In this document: one piece after another, positions 29,403 through 37,611 of the stretch
Position numbering within the stretch: position 1 is the stretch's first letter
Layout of the letters: every line of letters starts with the position of its first letter
NCBI GenBank assembly: GCA_964230645.1
Contig: CAXRHT010000001.1
Location: forward strand, 704,001-768,000
Source of the DNA: Bdellovibrionales bacterium
GTDB lineage: Bacteria > Bdellovibrionota > Bdellovibrionia > Bdellovibrionales > JAGQZY01
Direction: 5' to 3'
Length of the DNA: 64,000 nucleotides
Notes under the pieces: generated by a model
Told to the model about the DNA's origin: nothing
Database searches by the model: none
What the model saw: only the letters and a program-made list of their open reading frames with translations
Translations under genes and position numbers: made by a program

Positions 29403-29651
29403 AGTTTCCGTTCAAACCACGATCCCCATGTTTCCATTAATAATAATTCTCTGAAGGGCTCTTGTGAGCGTGACGCGTTTTCGCCCGCAGGGCGAAACAC
29501 AAGCAAGGTCCACGGCATGCGAAGCTGTACAGCTTCGCATGTGGCCGTCATGGATGCCGGCCCTGTAGAGATTTATTATTAATGGAAACATGGGGAGCCG
29601 AGGACTTCGATCGAGCTTCGACAGGTCCTTCGGCTTCGCCTCAGGACGACA
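29403..29651 (+). repeat. Structured intergenic repeat element, copy A (REP/REPIN-like)
   Basis: Near-identical to the reverse complement of 62534-62737; 21-bp perfect stem 29424-29444 / 29575-29595 enclosing a conserved GC-rich core. Confidence 0.9.
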
Positions 29652-29761
29652 ATGGAGAATAGACCTCCGGACGCCAATGGAGGAGGGATCTAAGGACGAC
29701 AATGGAGAAAGGACCTCATGACGACAATGGAGGAAGGACCTCAGGACGACAATGGGGAGGC
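29640..29761 (+). repeat. Tandem array of about 5 x 25-nt units (CTCAGGACGACAATGGAG(A/G)AAGGAC-like)
   Basis: Units start at 29640, 29665, 29690, 29715 and 29740. Confidence 0.9.
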
Positions 29762-29795
29762 CTTAGTACGACCATCGATAATGGGGGCCGTTTGG

Positions 29796-30473
29796 CTATG
29801 ACTCTCCAGGCATTCGCTTGGCTTCATCAGCTTCGGAGAATTTAGCGATCTCTTTTCCAATGTCTTTTGAGCTGCGGATACAATCAGGATGGTCTCGCCG
29901 GAGAGCCTCCACTGGCATGGAATTATAGGGCGCCTCTTCGGGATCTTGCACAAGTGTGACCCCTCCCACCTCGAAAACTTTCTGTAAGGCCGGAATTCCA
30001 TCGTCGAGTCGTCCCGAGAGAATCGATACTAGAATTTGATCTCTGAAACTATCAACAGCTGTTTCAATACATCGGGTAAAACTGGGGGTGAAATAATAAG
30101 AGGGATCGTGATCAACACTTCTTACAAAGTTTCCATCGACTATTAAATCGGTTCCCTGAGAAGGAATATAGAGATGACCACTCTGCAAGGGCATAGATCG
30201 ATCGACCTGATGGATTGGCAAAGTTAATTTCAAGGAAAGTAAATCTCGCAAATAAGTAGGACCTGATTGATTGATGTGAGACATGTAGATGTAGGCGGCG
30301 GGGGAAACACTGGGGAGCTGATTTGCAAAATTAAGAAAACATTGCAGGGCTCCGGCTGAACCACAAATGACCACAATTTTTTCCGGTGCGTCTGAGCCTT
30401 TATCAAAGTCAGGTCTTAAGGTTTTCGACGGCTGTCCCACTTCTGCTAGTTCCACGGCTTTCTCGTCCTCCAT
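29796..30473 (-). CDS. Stand-alone CheB-type methylesterase domain protein
   Basis: CGSAGA (Ser), MSHI (His), LSGRLDDG (Asp), VQDPEEA, SMP. Confidence 0.88.
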   Translation of the reverse strand: MEDEKAVELAEVGQPSKTLRPDFDKGSDAPEKIVVICGSAGALQCFLNFANQLPSVSPAAYIYMSHINQSGPTYLRDLLSLKLTLPIHQVDRSMPLQSGHLYIPSQGTDLIVDGNFVRSVDHDPSYYFTPSFTRCIETAVDSFRDQILVSILSGRLDDGIPALQKVFEVGGVTLVQDPEEAPYNSMPVEALRRDHPDCIRSSKDIGKEIAKFSEADEAKRMPGES

Positions 30474-30554
30474 GATTTAAAATTAGCATGAAGTTCGAGG
30501 GCAAACTTGTTCAATTTGAGTTGAATTTGTTAACGAATTTAGACAGGGATAAAA

Positions 30555-31001
30555 TCAAACCTCATTCTGACCAAGTTGCCAGGTTTTTGCCCAGTTTTTC
30601 ACAAGCCTCTGTACCAGACGGTGGATCTCTATGGTATCGAAAGCCTTACTTTTTTCTAAGTTTAAAAGGTTAATCATTAGATCTGGAAACTGTATATTAC
30701 CCAAATTAGCGTCACTGAGATACCTCATCGTCCATTGAGAGCAGAGTTTTTGTTCAATCTCATAGGTGACCTCGTTGACAACTTCATGTCTTTTATCACG
30801 ACGAATGGAATCCATCAGAGACTCTAAACTGGTGTTAGAACCTTCAAGGTATTGCACGTAATATTTTTTATTGAGTGTTAAAAAACCGGAGACATTGAGC
30901 GACTGGTTGCGATGGCTTGCAAATTCAACCAACTCCTGCAATTCATCATCAGGCAACTCTCGCTTTTTCTTGCTGTAGTAGACTAGCCCCCTAGTCATCA
31001 A
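30555..31001 (-). CDS. BLUF-domain blue-light sensor protein
   Basis: LVYYS (Tyr), RN...VSGFL, YVQYLEG (Gln), I.RD.RH, WTM. Confidence 0.92.
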   Translation of the reverse strand: MMTRGLVYYSKKKRELPDDELQELVEFASHRNQSLNVSGFLTLNKKYYVQYLEGSNTSLESLMDSIRRDKRHEVVNEVTYEIEQKLCSQWTMRYLSDANLGNIQFPDLMINLLNLEKSKAFDTIEIHRLVQRLVKNWAKTWQLGQNEV

Positions 31002-32892
31002 GGACTCCCATATTCTGTATGAGTTTTCTTTGGGAGACAGGTTTGCGGATAATTCCTAAAACCCGATCTTCCCATTTTTCAATCTCGGGAGAGGAATCAA
31101 GGCCTGTGAATATAAAAGTTCGGTTGAGGTAAGACTGCAGGTCTTCTGTTTCGTTGATCTTCTTTAGAAAATCATTTCCGCTGTACTCTGGCATGAGCCA
31201 ATCCACAAAAACAAACTCCGGCTCAAATTCGCGGAACTCCTCCACGTCGAGATACCCATTTTCTTTTTCCAATATTTCGGAGGCGAAATTCTTAAGATAG
31301 ACTTTAATGATCATTCTGTTTTCAGGGCTATCATCAGCCACATAAATTCGGTATTTTCTGTGATCCTGGTTATCTGTGAGGGGCGCCTTCTTTTTGGCTG
31401 GCTTTTCCTCTTTAGGGGCCTCCCCTTTTTTAAGGGTGACACTAAAAACAGACCCCTCTGCTCCTGTTTGAACCAACTCAAGCCTTCCATCTTGTTCTTC
31501 CATTAGCTGTTTTGCTAGAGACAGACCAAGACCTGTGCCTTTTATTTGCGAAAGCTTTGAGTTTCTCTTAGCGTAAACACCTTTTGTTGAAAACAAGGGG
31601 GTAAATAGTTTTTTCTTATGCTTTTTATCAATCCCGCCGCCATTGTCAGAGACAAGAATTTTCACATGACCATTATCAATCGATTTTGTTGAAACCTTAA
31701 TGATCCCTTCCCGGTCGGTCGAATAGCAGGCGTGGGCTCCATTAAGAATCAAGTTCACCAAAACCTGATCCAGAGAGGTCGAATTACACAGAACTCTTTC
31801 GTCACCCGCTTCCATTTCTAAGCGACAATTGAGCTTTATCATTTCATCTTTAACAAGAAGTCTGACACGTTCGAATAACGATTTTAATCCGATCGAGCGA
31901 ATGGTTTTTTGAGAGTCGCGCAAGTGAGATAAAAGCCCTTGGGATAAAGTGGCACCTTTTTCAAGAAGAGAGGCCGCTGAGTTCAGAGCAGACTTTTGTT
32001 TGTCTCCCGTTTCATTCTGAGCCTCATGAATCAGTCCTAAAAGCGCATGGTGGAGATTGTTGTACTGGTGAGCTAGCCCTCCAGCTAAAACACCAATGGT
32101 GCTCAGGCGTTCTTCCTGCACCATTTTTTCAATACGCCTCTTCTCCTCTGAAATGTCAGTGTAAGACACAAAGGTGTAGAACTTTCCGTAAAGAGAGCTC
32201 ACTCTTAACCAAAGGGGTTCTCCTTCACTGCGATCGAGAAAAAGTTCTTCATCGACCACACCGCCAATTCTTTGGGACTTTTTCACCAAATGCCAGAGTT
32301 CATCGGAAATCGACTCATCGAGATCTTCCCAGAAGTTTCCTGAATTTTGTCGGCCTCGATTAAAAAGTAGATTGAGGTCATCTTTGATGATTGTGTAACG
32401 ACCAAAACGGTCCACCTGAAAGGTATTTTGAGGAAAGGCTTTAAATAGATTTCGCAAAGCACCAACCATGGCCTTCACTTCCTCGTACTCGCCTTCTAGC
32501 TCCGTTTTTTCATTCTCTATTTGTGTAGTTTTCTTCACAAGCGAATCGTAAGCCTTGCGCGCTTGCATAAAAATCAGAATAAACTGGCCCTTTTTCTCCT
32601 CATAAAGAACGGCTTGCCAGGTATTGTTATCTCCTAAAACACCACTTTTAGAGCGTGGCTCGAGAATCAAATTGTATTGGTCATCTGTCGCCTGAGCTGG
32701 ATTCATACACTCGTAGATATCACTGAGAGATTTAGCGCTAAGAATGGCGTCTAGTTTAGTGGGCGTGTCGTTAAGAAACAACTTTTTAGCCGCGGAATTG
32801 GCCTCCAAAATCCAGCCCTCTGGCTGTAGCCTCATGATGGGAATAGGGACTTTTTGAAACTGAAGGAAATTCGCTTCGCGACCGTTGCTCAT
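30991..32892 (-). CDS. Cytoplasmic hybrid histidine kinase (PAS-like, HisKA, HATPase, REC)
   Basis: GLAHQYNN H-box, QVLVNLILN, DNGGGI, FSTK, GTGLGL; C-terminal VADD...VDWLMP. Confidence 0.92.
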   Translation of the reverse strand: MSNGREANFLQFQKVPIPIMRLQPEGWILEANSAAKKLFLNDTPTKLDAILSAKSLSDIYECMNPAQATDDQYNLILEPRSKSGVLGDNNTWQAVLYEEKKGQFILIFMQARKAYDSLVKKTTQIENEKTELEGEYEEVKAMVGALRNLFKAFPQNTFQVDRFGRYTIIKDDLNLLFNRGRQNSGNFWEDLDESISDELWHLVKKSQRIGGVVDEELFLDRSEGEPLWLRVSSLYGKFYTFVSYTDISEEKRRIEKMVQEERLSTIGVLAGGLAHQYNNLHHALLGLIHEAQNETGDKQKSALNSAASLLEKGATLSQGLLSHLRDSQKTIRSIGLKSLFERVRLLVKDEMIKLNCRLEMEAGDERVLCNSTSLDQVLVNLILNGAHACYSTDREGIIKVSTKSIDNGHVKILVSDNGGGIDKKHKKKLFTPLFSTKGVYAKRNSKLSQIKGTGLGLSLAKQLMEEQDGRLELVQTGAEGSVFSVTLKKGEAPKEEKPAKKKAPLTDNQDHRKYRIYVADDSPENRMIIKVYLKNFASEILEKENGYLDVEEFREFEPEFVFVDWLMPEYSGNDFLKKINETEDLQSYLNRTFIFTGLDSSPEIEKWEDRVLGIIRKPVSQRKLIQNMGVLDD

Positions 32893-32947
32893 AGGCTCAA
32901 CCTAAGATAAGTTCAGTAAAATTCCAACGAATATTTCGGGAGGAAGA

Positions 32948-35900
32948 ATGGCGCAGCCTTTTTGTGTAGTCGGGATCGGATGTTCAGCCGGCGGAATCGA
33001 AGTTCTTAAAGAACTGGTCGGAGGTCTTCCTTCTGAAAAAGCCAGTTATATCTTGGCGCAACATCTCTCTCCGAATCATGAGTCTCGCATGGTTGATATC
33101 CTCGAGAGACTTTCCAGCCTCCCCATCGTTGAGGCCTCAAATGGTGCTAAAATCGAAGAGGGTAAAATCTATACTACTCCTCCTGGTGTTAAAGTGTCTG
33201 TAGAACAGGGTAGAATTAAACTAGATAGATTTCCTAATGAAGGCGAGAAAAGAAGTCCTCTGCACACCGTCGACGTATTGTTTGAATCGATTGCCCTTGA
33301 GTACAAAGACGCGTCCATTGCGGTTGTCCTCTCCGGGAGTGGCAACGACGGGGTAAGAGGCTGCCGAGCCATTAAGGAAGCAGGAGGGGCCGTCATTGCC
33401 CAGTCAGGACATTCCGCCCAGTTTTCAAGTATGCCCCAAAATATTATTTCTTCTGATTTGGCAGATCTTGTGGCTGATCCCAGTGAGGTTCCTGAGGCCA
33501 TTCACGCCATTATCAAACAAGTAAGTTTAGGAGAAAAAATCTTCACTCAAGATGATGAAGAGGGAAGTTCCATCTTTGAGAAAATCGTACGCCTCATCTC
33601 CAAAAGTTCAGGCATTGATTTTTTTCGCTACAGAACCTCCACACTCCGTCGCCGAATCAGCAAACGTGTGGGAATCAATAAATTTACTGGACTCTTTGAA
33701 TACTACGACCATTTACAGAAAAACCCTGAGGAACTGGATATTATTGCTAAAGAATTTCTGATTGGCGTGACCGCATTTTTCAGAGACAAAGAGGCCTTCA
33801 AAGCTTTACAAGAAAAGGCGATCGCTCCCCTTATTGAGAATCTTCAAGAAAGAGATGAATTAAGAATTTGGGTCCCCGCCTGCTCCTCCGGTGAAGAAGC
33901 CTACACCATTGCTATTATCATCGAAGAAGAGAAGGCTCGGACGAACAAGAATTTCACCTACCGCATTTTTGCAACCGACATTGATGAAAGGGCCATTACA
34001 GCGGCACAACTGGGACAATATCCAGCTCCTCTCTTACAAGATCTACCCTCACGTTATCGAACACGCTACTTTGAAGAAATTGGTGATGAAGTGTTCAGGG
34101 TCTCTAGGCAACTGAAAGATCACATTGTTTTTTCAAAACACGATATTACTATCGATCCGCCTTTTGGCAGAATGAGTCTCATCTCATTTCGCAACTGTTC
34201 TATCTATTTGAAAAAAGAAACCCAAAGGCAGGTTCTCTCCATTCTTGAGCACAGTATGAAGATTGGTGGTTATCTTTTCCTTGGTGGTAGTGAAACAGCA
34301 AACAAAGAGCTTGAACTGGAAACCATTGACTCTTCAGCAAAGGTTTACCAAAAGAGCAAACATCGTTCGATGCACTCAAAGTTTGAAGTTCTTAAACTAC
34401 AAAATGAAAGACTGAAATATCGCCCTAATGAAAAGACTTCTTTAAAACATAAAGATGAAGTTCTTCTCGAGGTAAGTCACTATCTCCTCGGTGAAATGGT
34501 CTCCCCTTCTGTTTTGTTGGACCGTGAGGGAAGGCTTCTGCATGTTTTTGGAGACGTTTCAGACTTTGCTTTTTTCCAAGCCGGAGACTTTGATGGCACA
34601 TTTTTCGATTGTCTTCATAAAGATCTAAGATCTTCGGTTTCCCTTTCATTGAAGAAACTTGAGAACCGTGACAAAAAGCAGGAAAATATCCTCATCTCTA
34701 AGGTGAGAAACTATAAAGACGAGGGTGTTGATCTCGTCATTAAAAGTGTTGAAATCAAAACCAAGAGTTTTCAACCCGTCTACTTTGTTTCTTTCAATCG
34801 TCTTAACAAAAATATAGCACCCGAAGACGGCGTCAGTGACGAGAGTCAAGAGGATGTCACGAGCTTAAAAAATGAATTGGAGCAAAGTCGACGAGATCTT
34901 GATTTTACCGTAGAAAATTTAGAGTCGACCAACGAAGAGTTGCAGACCACAAATGAAGAACTTGTCACTTCCAACGAGGAACTTCAAAGTACAAACGAAG
35001 AGTTACAGTCTGTCAATGAAGAGCTTCATACTATGAATGCTGAATTCCAAGACAAAATCGAAGAGCTCTCACAAGCCAATCGTGATATGGATATTTTGCT
35101 GAGTGTCTCCAAAGTTGGAACACTTTTCTTAGATAAAGACCTTATGATTCGCAAGATCTCCCAAGAAGCTATGACGGCGATGGATTTGCGCGAAGGAGAT
35201 ATTGGTCGACCACTGGCACAGTTCCATAACCCTCTTTACGATCAATTCCTCAACGATTGTCAAAATGTGTTGAGTTCTGAAAAGCCCCTTGAGCATCAGG
35301 TACAACTCCCCGGGCGAGGCTGGAACTTGATCAAAATTCACCCTTACCAAAATTCCAATAACGACAACGGTAAGAATGGCGGAATCGTTGTTCTTATTAT
35401 CAATATTAGTGAATTGAGAGCTGTGAAGGATTCCCAGTCTTGGTTGTTGAAATTTCTTTTAAGTGAAAGAGAAGTAAGCTTTGCTGTCGACATGGAAGGA
35501 AATATCACCCAGTGGCCAAAGTCCGCCGAGGAGTTCTTTGGATTTTCTAAAGAAGAAATGATTGGGAAAAACGAAAACATTCTCATCCCACTTCAGGCAC
35601 ACGCTGATATTGAGCTCCTTCATAATCAGGTGGAAAAAGGGCAAGCCGCCTATTTACAAAAAACCTATCGCTTAACAGCTAAGGACGATGAGGTCTCGGT
35701 CACTCTGATTGCCTACGGAAAACATTCTGAAAAAGGTAAGCTTAAAGGCTTGCAGTACACTATTTTTCCTGTGGATGAAGCCAGTGACCGTAAGCAACGC
35801 CTTTACAATGAACTTGAAACCACTCGTAGTTATCTAGAATACTTGCCTGAAGCCTTGGTGGCTTTCGATCGTGACGGTAACATTATCTATGGTAACCAAA

Positions 35901-36184
35901 GGGCCTGTAAATTGTTAAAAATTTCCCAGCAGGAGCTCTACTCAAGACAATTTAGCTCTGAAGAATGGGAGGCGACAAACGAGCAAGGAGAGCCCCTGGC
36001 TGAGGAGGATCTTCCTTTTGCTCAACTCTTTAGAGGACGGGAACCACTCGACAGTCAAATCCTCTTTGTCAAAAATGGTGAGGGTAAAAAAATCAAGATT
36101 GAAGTGAGTGGTAACACCATACTCAACGATGGTAATGTTGAAAGAGTCGTGTTGACCATGCGAGAGCTAGAAAATAATCAGTAA
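32948..36184 (+). CDS. CheB-CheR fusion protein with coiled coil and PAS domains
   Basis: GCSAGG / QHL / SGSGNDG (CheB); IGVTAFFRD, ACSSGEEAY, ATDID (CheR); NEEL heptads; several PAS domains; no kinase domain. Confidence 0.93.
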   Translation: MAQPFCVVGIGCSAGGIEVLKELVGGLPSEKASYILAQHLSPNHESRMVDILERLSSLPIVEASNGAKIEEGKIYTTPPGVKVSVEQGRIKLDRFPNEGEKRSPLHTVDVLFESIALEYKDASIAVVLSGSGNDGVRGCRAIKEAGGAVIAQSGHSAQFSSMPQNIISSDLADLVADPSEVPEAIHAIIKQVSLGEKIFTQDDEEGSSIFEKIVRLISKSSGIDFFRYRTSTLRRRISKRVGINKFTGLFEYYDHLQKNPEELDIIAKEFLIGVTAFFRDKEAFKALQEKAIAPLIENLQERDELRIWVPACSSGEEAYTIAIIIEEEKARTNKNFTYRIFATDIDERAITAAQLGQYPAPLLQDLPSRYRTRYFEEIGDEVFRVSRQLKDHIVFSKHDITIDPPFGRMSLISFRNCSIYLKKETQRQVLSILEHSMKIGGYLFLGGSETANKELELETIDSSAKVYQKSKHRSMHSKFEVLKLQNERLKYRPNEKTSLKHKDEVLLEVSHYLLGEMVSPSVLLDREGRLLHVFGDVSDFAFFQAGDFDGTFFDCLHKDLRSSVSLSLKKLENRDKKQENILISKVRNYKDEGVDLVIKSVEIKTKSFQPVYFVSFNRLNKNIAPEDGVSDESQEDVTSLKNELEQSRRDLDFTVENLESTNEELQTTNEELVTSNEELQSTNEELQSVNEELHTMNAEFQDKIEELSQANRDMDILLSVSKVGTLFLDKDLMIRKISQEAMTAMDLREGDIGRPLAQFHNPLYDQFLNDCQNVLSSEKPLEHQVQLPGRGWNLIKIHPYQNSNNDNGKNGGIVVLIINISELRAVKDSQSWLLKFLLSEREVSFAVDMEGNITQWPKSAEEFFGFSKEEMIGKNENILIPLQAHADIELLHNQVEKGQAAYLQKTYRLTAKDDEVSVTLIAYGKHSEKGKLKGLQYTIFPVDEASDRKQRLYNELETTRSYLEYLPEALVAFDRDGNIIYGNQRACKLLKISQQELYSRQFSSEEWEATNEQGEPLAEEDLPFAQLFRGREPLDSQILFVKNGEGKKIKIEVSGNTILNDGNVERVVLTMRELENNQ

Positions 36185-36188
36185 CAAT

Positions 36189-36216
36189 AAGAGGGGCTAA
36201 AAAGTTTGCCCCCTTG
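36189..36216. terminator. Hairpin between the convergent cheBR and yceI genes
   Basis: AAGAGGGGC...GCCCCCTT imperfect stem. Confidence 0.45.
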
Positions 36217-36228
36217 ATCAAAGTCTAC

Positions 36229-36822
36229 TTATTTTTTAATTTCAGCAATTTTGGCCGCTGAAGATGGCTTGAGCTGACTATCAATTTTTATTTTCACCTC
36301 ATCAGCCACAGTCACTCCCATAAACGAGGGCACTCCAACTTTAAAATCGCTGAGCTTTAATTGAAATTCGGCCATAAGGTTTTGGTTTGAATCGATAGAA
36401 TAGCTCACATCCATCTCTCGTTTTTCACCATGAAGTTGCAAGATTGCCTTAAGGGTGCTGCTATCAAGTTTTGGATCGGCTAAATTCCAGGATTGCGGCA
36501 ATTCTTGATCCTTAATAACTAGTTTCGCTTTGGGGTACTTTTCAACTTCTAAGTACTTTTCCTTCATATGCTGATTGCGAAGGTCCATTCCCGTATCCAG
36601 TTTAGAAAGATCCAGCTCTAAGAGGCCTCCAATTTTCTTGCCTTCAATCTGTAGCTGACCGGAAGGTCCTTCCCCTTTGCCGTGAATCTTCAAAAACCCG
36701 GGGTTGCCCACGGCTATGAACTCAGCTTTTCCATCACTAGCCTTAAGCTCTACAGTCTCGGCAAATCCCATCAAGGGAAAAAGTAAAATTAAAACCGTTG
36801 CTATTACTCTTAAATTTCTCAT
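36229..36822 (-). CDS. YceI-family lipid/polyisoprenoid-binding protein
   Basis: LDTGMDLRNQHMKEKYLEVEKYP, LHG, LSDFKV; signal peptide. Confidence 0.9.
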   Translation of the reverse strand: MRNLRVIATVLILLFPLMGFAETVELKASDGKAEFIAVGNPGFLKIHGKGEGPSGQLQIEGKKIGGLLELDLSKLDTGMDLRNQHMKEKYLEVEKYPKAKLVIKDQELPQSWNLADPKLDSSTLKAILQLHGEKREMDVSYSIDSNQNLMAEFQLKLSDFKVGVPSFMGVTVADEVKIKIDSQLKPSSAAKIAEIKK

Positions 36823-36840
36823 CGTTATCTCCTTTTTAAT

Positions 36841-37299
36841 TTATTCTTCCATCATTTCTTCGCATAGGACGGCGCCAATTTCGTCAACGGCTCCATCCTG
36901 AACCCAAGCGGCCACCAGGTCTTTTTGATTCTGATTGAGGGAGGGTCTTGAGGGGGGCGGCATCATGCCATTCACAACTTGAAATTCGATGCGACTTGCG
37001 GCAGCCTTCGCGCCTTCAAAGCTTGAGAGATCGACCCCGGCCGCCGGGAACTGTCCGGAGTGACACCCCACACAGCTTGATTGAAAAACTTCCTGATTGA
37101 CCTCTTCAAAAACAACTAAATCGGGATTGGTGTTCATATCATCACAGTTTTGACCGTCTTCCATTCCTGCACTGCCTTCTCCACCAGCGGAGTTGGTCGG
37201 TGTGGCTGGGGGCGTGTGTTTGGAGTAGTTACAGCTTGCTAAGAAAACGAATATTAACAACCCCACAAAATGACCTGTGATTAAATTTTTAAAACCCAT
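36841..37299 (-). CDS. Monoheme cytochrome c lipoprotein
   Basis: Lipobox LASC, CVGCH heme motif, distal MPP; GGAGG RBS before MGFKNL. Confidence 0.85.
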   Translation of the reverse strand: MGFKNLITGHFVGLLIFVFLASCNYSKHTPPATPTNSAGGEGSAGMEDGQNCDDMNTNPDLVVFEEVNQEVFQSSCVGCHSGQFPAAGVDLSSFEGAKAAASRIEFQVVNGMMPPPSRPSLNQNQKDLVAAWVQDGAVDEIGAVLCEEMMEE

Positions 37300-37553
37300 A
37301 CAAACCCTCCCCGTGAGTTTTATTCTCTTCATTTTTACCGTTCATTCACTTTTGTTTAAATGACCTAAAAAGCAAATATCTGTTGCTCTTTAAGCAACAA
37401 TAACTTTTTCGCCCCAGCCCCTGCTGTGACCTCCATTGCAATATATTGAAATAGGGCTCTAGCTGCCACTGATTCGAGCTACTGAAAATGTTGTGATTTG
37501 TTGCTTTTTAAAATGAGCTGAGCTCTAGAGATCGTTTTTTATGAGGAGTAGGT

Positions 37554-37591
37554 AAAAAAAAAGCAAAGCCGTCACTGACTTTGCTTTTTTT
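37554..37591 (-). terminator. Intrinsic terminator of the Agl-Glt operon
   Basis: AAAAAAAGCAAAG...CTTTGCTTTTTTT inverted repeat about 20 nt after the last gene. Confidence 0.75.
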
Positions 37592-37611
37592 GAAAAATGT
37601 TTCGATTGAAA

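Noticed and set aside
29640..29761. CRISPR array interpretation of the tandem repeats (also 62411-62545)
   Set aside because: The period is only 25-27 nt, inter-repeat parts are near-identical rather than unique spacers, and no cas genes are in the window.
34920..35050. 21-nt periodic DNA repeat inside the CheB-CheR gene
   Set aside because: It encodes the NEELQS heptad coiled coil typical of this protein family; not a separate element.
27090..36184. tRNA-Leu-anchored genomic island
   Set aside because: Accessory-looking genes follow the tRNA, but I found no integrase and no duplicated tRNA 3' end (att) in the window.
37333..37553. Riboswitch upstream of the cytochrome c gene
   Set aside because: Only a short palindrome (TGTTGCT-N5-AGCAACA, 37381-37399) is visible; I recognise no riboswitch consensus.
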